Source: Phoronis australis
Lineage: Eukaryota; Animalia; Phoronida
Length of the DNA: 48,220 nt
NCBI GenBank assembly: GCA_002633005.1
Contig: NMRA01000299.1
Location: 396,840-445,059, forward strand
Direction of reading: 5' to 3'
Positions 22,950 to 33,424 of the stretch are shown piece after piece. The position numbers and the translations under genes were made by a program. Each line of letters opens with the position of its first letter. Position 1 is the first letter of the stretch. The notes below the pieces were generated by a model. That model did not search any database, was not told where the DNA came from, and saw nothing but the letters and a program-made list of their open reading frames with translations.

Positions 22950-24500
22950 AGTAATAACATGATCTTTACTAGTCCTTGGAAAATTAAAGGTATCTGAGTC
23001 GTATCATTCACCTGAAGGCAAAAATTCTGCTGAGTCGTCTTGAACATAATCAGAGAGTTTGCCAATTCTAGCATTAAGATCGTCAGCAATCAAAAGAGAT
23101 ACATCATCTTGGGCATTCAAAAAGGCATCTTCAGTACCACTTCTCAAGATTTCTACACCATTCTTTTCAATTTGATTTTCGTACACTGTCGCACTCTCAG
23201 GTGGCAAGTAAGAATAATACATCCTTTTCAGTACACAATAGACTTGCCAATTAATAGAAAAATACCAAAATCGAAATCACATTTCACTCGAGTTACATAC
23301 CGAGCTAAACATTTTTTTCAAACACACATACTCCACCGGAGTTTCTACCAAACCTCTTTTTCTTTAAATTAATTTTACTGAAACATTTGACCCCAAGCAA
23401 ATAAAACTGATTTTCGTTTGTTGCCCAAGTTTCCACAACTCCAAGTAAATCAAATGAACATAAATAATCAACCATACTTTTGTTCTCTGTCTTGCAACCT
23501 AATCCGTGTACATTCCAGACTGTTGTACGTATTTTGCTGGCCCTTGAAGGCTCGGGGCCGTGGCAAACTGCTAGGCATTTCTGTAGATATCATGCTTGAT
23601 TTCTTTAAACATTTTCTCTGCGTCATCATAAATAAACTGTTTTCCACGCCAATAGAGCTTGTTGAATTGTATAGTTGCATTCTCCATATTGTTTTCGTTT
23701 GAAAACGTGTACAGCTCCTTTCGGGCTTTTTTTACTTTCATCGAAAAATCTTCAGAGATGTGAATTGATTCATTGGTTATTTCCTTCTTTTTGCTCATCA
23801 CTTAGCGTTTGTACTCCGACAAAAACTTGGCAATTATTGGTCTTTTTTACCACGCTGTCGACAATCCTATGGGCGCGCTCAATACAGAGGCCATCTAAAT
23901 GAAGATCGTTCTTCAGGAATTGCATAATAATCTCTTCAGACTCTTCCCACGGTTCACACTCGTTCGAATCTGCATTTTTCTCTTCAAATCCATGGAACAT
24001 AACATTGTCACGGCGTGACCGGTTCTCTAGGTCTTCAACTTTCGATTAAAGCTTGATCATGTAACAGCGCGTTCTTTTCGCGGGCGGTTTCTAGAGATTT
24101 CCGTAGAGACTCAATTTCAGAAGTAACCTTCTCAAACTTTTCATTAAGCAAGTCGAAAATCTCCCTGTTGCTTACATCCTTCGACGCCCCTGCGTTTTGT
24201 TTAGGACTCGACCTCGACATATATGAGCTTATTCCATGTGTAACCGGCCTGGCACTAGGTGTGTCAACTGGCATGATTGATATTACGTAACACGTCTAAT
24301 TCATTGTCAGTGTAGGATGCTATCGACAGATCAGATCCAGTACAAAACAGTCACAAAACTCACAAAAATAAGACAAACGTGACACCATTCGGTGTTGGAG
24401 AGTCGAGACAGTTCTCGTGCGTATCACTAAGTTCACTGAATAAGCAGAAAATAGACAAAACTGCCGGACAGCCTTTCACTTCAGTACCTCCACTCCTGCC
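22950..24500 (-). mobile_element. Degenerate LINE 5' half: L1-type (RRM) ORF1 plus start of the ORF2 APE endonuclease, CR1-group-like
   Basis: ORF1 across frameshifts: coiled-coil, KVEDLENRSRRDNVMFHG, IERAHRI, ISEDFS.KVKKARKEL. ORF2: TVWNVHGL...DLLGVVETW...GRNSGGVCVF...YLPPE...IADDLNARIG. Confidence 0.85.
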
Positions 24501-24557
24501 ACCTGGTGTCACCAGATGTCATTTAATATCTTACTGAGTTGTGAACTGTGCTCGTGC

Positions 24558-25701
24558 TGAGTTATATTCGGAAGTGGCAAGGTTGATTAAGAAAGAGCTA
24601 CATAATTGTTTTGGTTCATGTTTTGGAGTGGAAACATTTGGTTGATTATGCGTGAAGTCGCCTTGGACGTTGTAGTGATCTTGATTGGTTTAATGGAAAG
24701 ATTTGTGTAATTGACTTACAGTTACGATTTATTAATTTTGAGTTTGAAGTAAGTGACTTTGGTTTGACTGAGTAGTTGTAAATGTTGCGTGGTTACATTC
24801 GCGCACCCATTCGAGCCCCCCCATTTGGCGAAATGTGCAAAAACGTCCGCCCCTTGAGAGACAAAATGTCTGAGAAAATGGGACTCTAAATTACTGCAAA
24901 CGCACACTTCAAAGTAGTGCTCCTGTTTTTTTTTAGTCCGGCCACTCTTTTGTTTGCAAAATGTCCGCAACGTCAGGAATTCGAGCCCGCCCCTTATTGT
25001 AGGCTGGGTGCGCGCATGGGTTATGTGTTACTCTGGNATAGACTCTTGCCAATTAATAGAAAAATACCAAAATCGAAATCACATTTCACTCGAGTTACAT
25101 ACCGAGCTAAACATTTTTTCAAACACACATACTCCACCGGAGTTTCTACCAAACCTCTTTTTCTTTAAATTAATTTTACTGAAACATTTGACCCCAAGCA
25201 AATAAAACTGATTTTCGTTTGTTGAGTTATATTCGGAAGTGGCAAGGTTGATTAAGAAAGAGCTACATAATTGTTTTGGTTCATGTTTTGGAGTGGAAAC
25301 ATTTGGTTGATTATGCGTGAAGTCGCCTTGGACGTTGTAGTGATCTTGATTGGTTTAATGGAAAGATTTGTGTAATTGACTTACAGTTACGATTTATTAA
25401 TTTTGAGTTTGAAGTAAGTGACTTTGGTTTGACTGAGTAGTTGTAAATGTTGCGTGGTTACATTCGCGCACCCATTCGAGCCCCCCCATTTGGCGAAATG
25501 TGCAAAAACGTCCGCCCCTTGAGAGACAAAATGTCTGAGAAAATGGGACTCTAAATTACTGCAAACGCACACTTCAAAGTAGTGCTCCTGTTTTTTTTTA
25601 GTCCGGCCACTCTTTTGTTTGCAAAATGTCCGCAACGTCAGGAATTCGAGCCCGCCCCTTATTGTAGGCTGGGTGCGCGCATGGGTTATGTGTTACTCTG
25701 G
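24558..25701. repeat. Near-identical direct duplication (24558-25036 and 25223-25701) separated by an N and a copy of 23238-23423
   Basis: ORFs 24722-24970 and 25387-25635 are identical; N at 25037. Confidence 0.9.
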
Positions 25702-25979
25702 AAAAATGTCAAAATTTGTCTAACTTCTGAATTTCATATTTCAGAACTGGCAAACAAAACATTCATCTGCATTTCTCCAAAATTACTTTAAGAACATCAT
25801 CTTGCATTGTATTTCACCTTTACATCTGGTGCTTATCGAAATGAATAATAAAGTGCACTTTAAACCTCATAAGTAAGTAAGCAGTGGTTTACTAGCTGAA
25901 GTGGCCACCAAAATCAGGGAAATTGCATTTCTCGCCTGTTGTACCAAGTTAGTACTTTGTGAATTGCCTCTCGTTTCAG

Positions 25980-26121
25980 TGCAACAGACCAAGCCTGGCG
26001 CCTGTTACAAACCTACCTGGAGCGGCACGAAAAGAGTTCGTCTTGCTATCATCGCTGTGCAGCCGAGAAAATGTTGCTGCATGACTTTTCGTTTCCCAAC
26101 TGGTTCACAGCCTCGTACAAG
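25980..26121 (+). CDS. NUP160: NUP160 coding exon J
   Basis: tttcag|...|gtgggt; SATDQAWRLLQTYLERHEKSSSCYHRCAAEKMLLHDFSFPNWFTASYK, resembling SATDEAWRLLSTYLER...LPNWLINSYK; phase 2/0. Confidence 0.95.
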
Positions 26122-27052
26122 GTGGGTAGTATAGTGACTAAAACCTCTTATGACTTGTAATCACATTTTCACAATCCTTTAGTCTTTGTTAGGATATGTA
26201 TGTGTACCCAGTCATCATCTTAGAATTATAGCAACGGTCAACCTATAAAATTACATACAGTACTACTGAAAATAAGTCACAGGGAAAATTATATGATAAT
26301 TCTTCATTCAACTATTTCTTCATTCAACTATTTAGTATTTTCCACGGACACAGTGATTAGTCAGCCGGCCAAAATGGTCAATTTTAGGTTTGATGGCAAT
26401 GTCATGTTAGAAGCAGGCGGCCATGCTCAAGTACTCATAGTGACCCTCCATGTTACTGTTGCACTTTTTGCGATGACTAGTTCCTGCGATGTGAATACAA
26501 TTTGCAGCATCCCTTGTCGCTTGACAATTGCATGACACACCTGCAACTGCAGCAATGTTTTCACTCTGTGCGACGAATCGTCACTCGACAGTTGTGTTGA
26601 ACAAACCGCTTAGTGCGGACAGGCTTTTAGTAGTTAGTTACCTGAAGATGGCCCTTTTGGATATCTCAAACCTTATTCACAAAAATTGTCCGTTTTTACA
26701 ATATTTCACGTATGTCCAGCAAAATACCTCATCTTCATACTCGGGGAACTTCAAACCTGAAATATATACATGTAACAAGAAAAAAAGATTTAGCAGAACC
26801 ACCTTGGAACCGCACTGCGTGGAATTTGTTTCTACTTATATGAAGTCAAAACAGTGTTCTCACCGACCTGTTTTGACTCAACGCGGTAACAAGTTTGGAT
26901 TTTGACATGTCGAGTTTGGGGTAAGCGCGTCAAGTTTAAAAATTGCCGCGCCAGGTTTAAAACCTTGGCTGACCTCAGGATCTAATCAAAGCCTGATTTT
27001 ACCAACAGTAAACGTAGTTCACTTTACGACGTCAAGAGGCAGTTAAACAGTA

Positions 27053-28147
27053 CTGTATTCGCCCTAATAAGGCGTTCGGGGCACTTAGTAAAATTTGGGG
27101 GGAGGCGCTTATTGTGCCCTAAGGTGGCTGAAACCCGGTCTCCAAAACAGGTGAAATCGGAATCTAGGATTCATCAAATTTACGCCATGTGATGTATCTG
27201 TAGCCTGTGACAGGCTTTCAAAAAAAAACACCAAAACTGTGGTGCATTGCTATCAAACTTCGTTGTTAAATTACGATCATTATACATAAAATTGTGCTGA
27301 AATCCAAAAGCGAAAACTTGCCGATGTGCCGCTGCCTCGCGATCGTCGACAGGGCAGCTTGAATAAAAATGTAGTTTCGACTCAACAAATTACCCGAAAT
27401 CCTCACTTAAGTTTTCCAAATAACGTCCCTGAGATTTTAAGTTCCTGTGCAGTCGGTATTAAGAACAAGATAGGTTCAAATCTGCGCAAGATCGTACCCA
27501 ACAACGTGAGAAAAATGTCTGCACAAACACACGTCTTAGTCACGTGACCTTTGTTTTGACAATCGTTTGCTTGTGCGAGTAAGCAAGCGCATGCATGTCA
27601 TCAGCGTTCGTTTGCCAGAGTAAATGCAATGTAACAATTAAGGTGTGCATTGTGTAACTAAAAAAAGAACACAAGCAGTATCACGATAACGCGTTTTATT
27701 TAGCACTTGCTGATCACATCTATTATTAGAACGTGCGAGAATTGCCTCAGTAGGGCCTAAGGCCGAATGTCATTGAGTCGCCAAATGACTGGATATGTGA
27801 CAGTTTTTTCCGGGAGATTCAGGGGTGGAGGTGTCCACTACCAGTGGGGCATTTTATCAGATATTTTACTTTAAAAACACCAATTATGAATACATTACGA
27901 AAGTGACTAATAAGGCAACCAGTCTTAAACATAACGCAACTGTTTTTATGGCATTTCTGAAATTAGTCCCCGATATTTATTTCTTGCCGATATGCTACCC
28001 TGCGTAGTTTCATGGATAGTTCCCAAAGACTAATGTCTGCGATGTCAAGTGACAGGTATGTAGCGTACGCTTCCAGACCACTCGCTTTTAACAACAAGTT
28101 TTTTTGTTTGTGAGACACTTCAAGTATGATTCGTGGTTTTCACGTGT
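27053..28147. mobile_element. pogo/Tigger-like MITE family B, copy 2 (right end truncated)
   Basis: TA|CTGTATTCGCCCTAATAA start; colinear similarity with 16434-17521, ending at GATTCGTGGTTTTCACGTGT. Confidence 0.75.
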
Positions 28148-28610
28148 AGGCCCTACAAAGTGTCCAAAAGTAGGTCACACCTGACCAGTTCAGTGTAGAT
28201 TTTTGAAACATATATGAATACCTCCAGTGGAGATAAACTAGAGAAAAGGCAGTGTTGACTACCGATATTGAACTCTAGAAATTTTCTGTTGAGTTTGGAA
28301 TTGGTATTGTGGAGAAAACTGCAAAGGTTACAGGGCTGTCACTCAAATCGGATTTCCCACCAGGCACAGAGCAGCTCCGTTTCATTCACTGAGTCGCCAT
28401 AATATTGAGTCAACAAGGTGTACATTTGACAGAAAGGTGCCACAGAAAACAAAGACAAATGAAATTTTGATCGTGATGGAGTTATGCGTCTGTATGCATA
28501 CAACTGTTGAGAACGAATGCTTTCAGTCGCCTCACACCGCTGTGTCTTTGTGTTCGCGAACACAGCAAGTTGTGAAGAGCTAAATCGTCATTCAAATTCC
28601 TAAATTTGAT

Positions 28611-29422
28611 ATGTTATTTAACATTTCGCAGTTTGTTTTTTACCATTCTATTATTCAGCCTCATATTGATTATTGTTTACCGGTTTGGGGGCACACTAGT
28701 GACACACTTGTAAACAAAGTCCAAGTAATCCAAAATAGAGCCCCCAGGGCTATCCTGGGTACTAAAATTAGGGACACTAGGGTTGACGACTTGTACTCCA
28801 AGCTGGGATTTATGAAAGTAAGACAAAGAAATAAATATCTCTCTGCCTGTTGTATATACAGATGTATCAATGGCTTGGCTCCTGCATATCTCAGCAGTAA
28901 ATTCAATAGCAGTCAGGCTGTATATTCTACACGTTCTTCTGTTGCTGGCAATGTTTCTTCTAAAAAAATTAAAACCGAGACGGGCAAGAGATCTTTTATC
29001 TATGCAGCTGCTATAATATGGAATTCTTTTAGCCCAGAAATTAAACGGTCCAACTCAATTACTACCTTTAAAGTTAATGTTAAAAAGTGGCTGTAATTTA
29101 CTTAACCTTTTATACCCTGCCTGTCTTAATCATGTCATTTTTTCATTGTCGTAAATACTCTCATTGTCTAGAGTCATCTCTTAATTTATTTCATCTGTCT
29201 TAGTTAATTTTTTACCATTATTTGTCATTTAGTTATTGTCTTAATTCTCAACCTTAACTGTTTTAATTGTATCTTTGTTACGTATATTTCATTGTTGTTT
29301 TATTACTTCATTGTATTATATTACTGTTTTTCTTGTTGAGGGCCCTCTTGGAAAGCAGTGCTATCACTGAAGAGGACACCCTCATTTTAAATATCACAAT
29401 AATAAATAAATAAATAAATAAA
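28611..29422 (+). mobile_element. 5'-truncated CR1/L2-clade LINE: ORF2 C-terminus, 3' UTR stem-loop and (TAAA)n tail
   Basis: YHSIIQPHIDYCLPVWG...QNRAPRAILG...GLAPAYLS...GKRSFIYAAAIIWN; hairpin CCTCTT..CAGTG/CACTG..AAGAGG near 29345-29376; (AATA)n tail 29398-29422. Confidence 0.88.
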
Positions 29423-30193
29423 TTGATCTCGTGCTCATGAAATGCTTTAACCATTGACTATCTGTTGTCCATTTTGTACTTGATTTCATATCAGTCTCCC
29501 AGCACATGGTGTATTTAACAATGAACTGTTAACTTACTTTTAAGTAAGTCAACAGGTGGTCCGACCACTCAGACTGGAGAGTGGAGATGGCAACAAAATT
29601 AATGTTTTATCGATAATTAAATTAATTATGTACTGCAAATTCAGTTGGCATTGCGAATGAATGTTGAAATACCGAACATGGTTAAGGTATGTATAAGTTA
29701 TATTGACCGAAAACAAATTTTCATGGAATAATTAACCAAAGATCTTGAGATTTTCACTTGTCCTATCTTAAAATTGGCTCTTTTTCTGCTTCAACTTAAT
29801 TTGAACTTAGGAATACAAGTTCTTGAAAACGGTTTGGTGGATTTTGCTGAAACTTTCAAAATTTTTATAATCTCAGATCTTCCTTCTTTCAGAAAATACA
29901 TACTTTTACTATTTGACAAAGCCTGTTTTTTTGATATACAAATTAGAATGGAGGTCACTAAATAAGGTTTGAGATTACCTTAATGTTTTTGATTTTCTTT
30001 GTCAAAGGCCATCATTTTTTGTGTTTCAAGGGGAGTGGGAGTAGTTTGTATGCTTTTCAAATATTTTACTATGGAAATCTACTTAAAAAATTGCATTATT
30101 TCTATATACAATGAACCTTTTCTTTATGGGTGCTGCTCATGTTTAAGTGAGAATGATGTTTTATTTGCACTCAAGCTGGGTAAAGTTTGGTAA

Positions 30194-31505
30194 GGGCTGT
30201 TCCAGCAAAATCCGTATGTGAGGGGGGATGGCAGTAGAAATATAAATTCATGGGTGGTGGTCTTCAGAAAAAAGCTCAAATTATGGGTGGTTGTTCTTGT
30301 AAGAAGTGAAGCATTAAAACAGGTTGGTATTTTCAATCAAACACATCTCAAAAGAAATCAAAACTCATCCATATTTCAAATGGCAAATACCCAAACACAT
30401 CCCAAAATGGCAAGCCCAGTGTGTACAGAGTGCAATATGTACACTAAGCCATCAGTCAAGTCATGGGCAACTTGATTACAGGCACATATTCAACTGCAGT
30501 CATATTGGAATGAAAATGTCTGCAACACTAAACTGGTGTTAACACATAAGAAAATTGATGATTTTTAAATAAAAAGTATGAAGAATAAGGTAAACAAGTT
30601 CCAATATTCACTTGACATAGCAGTATAAAAGAGTTCGTGGAGACAGTTTGAAATTCGTAGATCCATGAAATTGAAAAAATCTTTATGAAATTACAGACAC
30701 ATGGTGAACAGAGACACCTAGTGGCTGCCAAAAGTATTGCTCACAGGTGTCTTAAAAAGAAAGTTTCTGGTAACTGATATGAGTTGTGATCTCTCATGGA
30801 ATTGTTCTGCACCCACAAAAACTTTGTGGTCAGTCGGTCTGTCATTATCCTTTCTTGTCCATCAATTATCTCAAGAACCGCTTGATGGATCTTGATGAAA
30901 TTCGGTATAGAGGTACTTGGCAAGGATGCGCCTGCACCAGTCGATTTCCGGGCGGGTTTGGCAACCTTGGTACCCCATGTTGGCTGCTTTAGTTTTCGAC
31001 TAGCCATTCCTTGTATGTTGATTATCACAAAAACTGCTTCACTGATCTCTGACAACGGAAGTCGAAATAGAGGTATATCGTAAGAATGCGCTGGCAAAAG
31101 TCAATTTTTGGACGCTGGATTCAACTACTGTGGCACCCCGTTAATTTTTGACAAGACAGGTTGATTGTCTCCAAAAGTGCTAGGCACAACTGGAAATTTG
31201 GCGCAAAAATATATAGCAGGGATGGATGCGTTGACAGAAGTCATTTTCGTTTTGATTCGACCACCCTCTTGGCTAGTTTTGGTTTTTGACAATATTGGAC
31301 AAGACAACTAGTTCTTGTCTGTCAATCATCTAAGTTCTTAACAGGTCATCCTGGAAGCAATTTGTTTCCAAGTGTTGGATTTTATATTTTAACCTATTAA
31401 AAAATATGGGTCATGGGTTGGAGAAATAAATGAAAAATATGGGCGGTGGGTACGAAATAAAAGTGCCTTCCCCCCTCTCCCATACAGATTTTGCTGGAAC
31501 AGTCC
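30194..31505. mobile_element. PIF/Harbinger-like non-autonomous element, copy 2, carrying a HINE family 2 segment (about 30804-31315)
   Basis: TAA|GGGCTGTTCCAGCAAAAT ... ATTTTGCTGGAACAGTCC|TAA; TAA TSD. Confidence 0.82.
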
Positions 31506-31529
31506 TAATATGGTCATACTTTGTTGCAG

Positions 31530-31655
31530 CGGATCAACGCACCTGAACTTCTGCGGCTCTACATTGATTATGATCTCCTGGAGGAGGCCACATTGTTTGC
31601 CATTGAATATGTGGAGGCAGCCACAGGCAAGGGAGCCGACTATTTCGGAATTAAG
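31530..31655 (+). CDS. NUP160: NUP160 coding exon K
   Basis: ttgcag|...|gtacta; RINAPELLRLYIDYDLLEEATLFAIEYVEAATGKGADYFGIK, resembling AELLRLYLNYDLLEEA...GKGHQYFGI; phase 0/0. Confidence 0.96.
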
Positions 31656-31940
31656 GTACTATTTAGAAATGGATTGCCTCATGACAAAGTGTCATTGATG
31701 GTGAAAATTAAGGTAGTCTTACTGTAACCAATATTCCAGGTTGGAAGTATTTGAACTTACTGTAGCCAGTATTCCAGGTTGGAAGTTGAAGTGGTGGACA
31801 TAAGGACAGTTTGAAATGGTGAAATACGCATTTAATTCAGATCGTAGCTCAGTATGGTAAAATATCTGTCTCACCAAATTGTCTTGTTGAGACCTATACC
31901 AGACTCTAATGTTATTAGATTGCTGGTTCAAGACTAGAAA

Positions 31941-32032
31941 TTGGACAATACTCAGCAATATTTGGACAATACTCTACAATATTTGGACAATACTCAGCAA
32001 TATTTGGACAATACTCAGCAATATTTGGACAA
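31941..32032. repeat. Minisatellite, 21-bp unit, about 4.4 copies
   Basis: TTGGACAATACTCAGCAATAT repeated in tandem with no spacers. Confidence 0.9.
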
Positions 32033-32333
32033 ATGTGTGTAATGATATAACCTTTAAGGCTAATCTTTAAGTTTAGGAAGTGTTGTGTTGGTGAGAACGC
32101 TTGTAATAATAGTCTCTCATTGTGTCTACTGTTTTGCAGTGTACTTTATTGGCATGTAGCAAGGATTTGCTGTACATTGGTTTTAATACTAAACATTCAA
32201 TCGTATTAATATGGCCTACCTAAAATTTGAAGATTTGTGAAATTGTAAAGATTGGTCAAACCTATTTTAACTTTAGTGTACAATTGAGTGGTTTTTTTCT
32301 TTGTTTTTACCGTAAAACGTTGTCTCATTGCAG

Positions 32334-32438
32334 GGTACTATTCAGTTTTCTGGACCATGTTCTTGGTTGCCTTACACTATGTTGGACCAGCTATTATTAT
32401 CCTTGAGACAAGTTAATACCAATGCAGCACTATCACTG
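32334..32438 (+). CDS. NUP160: NUP160 coding exon L
   Basis: ttgcag|...|gtaagt; GTIQFSGPCSWLPYTMLDQLLLSLRQVNTNAALSL, resembling WLPYSSIDQLLQAL; phase 0/0. Confidence 0.94.
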
Positions 32439-32598
32439 GTAAGTCAATGGTTTGTAAGTGTCTTATTCCTGCTGTGTCATTGATCCTTGTAAATAAAAAT
32501 GTGAACTAAGACTTCATTCAAAGCTTGATAACTGTAGCCTGATTAGTGCGGGTAACTTAAGCTTTGGTGCACCTGTTTTAAAAATATTTTTGCACATA

Positions 32599-33139
32599 CC
32601 GTATTCGCCGTAATAACCGTCCACCGTCACGTGACAACAACATGTGTTTTCGTCCAGACATTTTTCTCATGTTGCCGATCATACATGTAGATGGCACGAT
32701 GTACTAGCACAGATTTGTACTTAAACTTGCCGTGATCCCGACTCCACAGGAACTTAAAAATATTAGGGACGCTACTTGGAAAACTTAAGGAGGATTTCAG
32801 GTAATTTGCTTGAGTTGAAACTGTATTTTTATTCAAGCATTCAAGTCGCCATATCGACGATTGCGAGGCAGGCAGTCGGTGAGTTTTCGCCCTAGGATTT
32901 CAGAACAATTTTCTTTAAAATGATTGTAATTTAGCAGCAAAGTTTTATAGCAATGCACCACGGTTTTGTAGAAAGTCTTCATAGATTACAGATACGTCAC
33001 AGAGCGTAAATATGATGAATCTTAGCTTCCGAGTTCACCCGTTTCGGAGACCGGGTTTCAACGGCCTTAGGTTATAATAAGCACCCCCCCTGAAACAAAC
33101 TTTTCTAAGTGTCCGGGGTCGTTATTACGGCGAATATGG
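32599..33139. mobile_element. pogo/Tigger-like MITE family B, short copy 3 in opposite orientation
   Basis: TA|CCGTATTCGCCGTAATAAC ... GTTATTACGGCGAATATGG|TA; body is the reverse complement of the left part of 16434 and 27053 copies. Confidence 0.85.
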
Positions 33140-33424
33140 TATGCATGTTTGTAGTAGCCCTTCATTTTCACAAACTTCATTGAAAACACAACTAAACTTT
33201 TTGTGTGACAGCTGTCAAACAAAAAGTTAAGTGGTGTTTTCAACGAAGTATATGCATGTATGTGTATATGTTTGTATGTTTATGTATGCGTATGTCACTA
33301 TAATTGGGCAGTAATCTTTCTTGTATGCATATTTTATTGGAAGTACGACTGTTCTGTTTTTACGAGATTAATTTCAGTTCTTTCAAACTCTCTAAATAGA
33401 GATCTGGTGTTTACATCACAACAG

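Noticed and set aside
31941-32032. CRISPR-like short repeats, also considered for the ~145-bp motif arrays
   Set aside because: Direct tandem units without unique spacers, no cas genes, and an intron-rich animal context.
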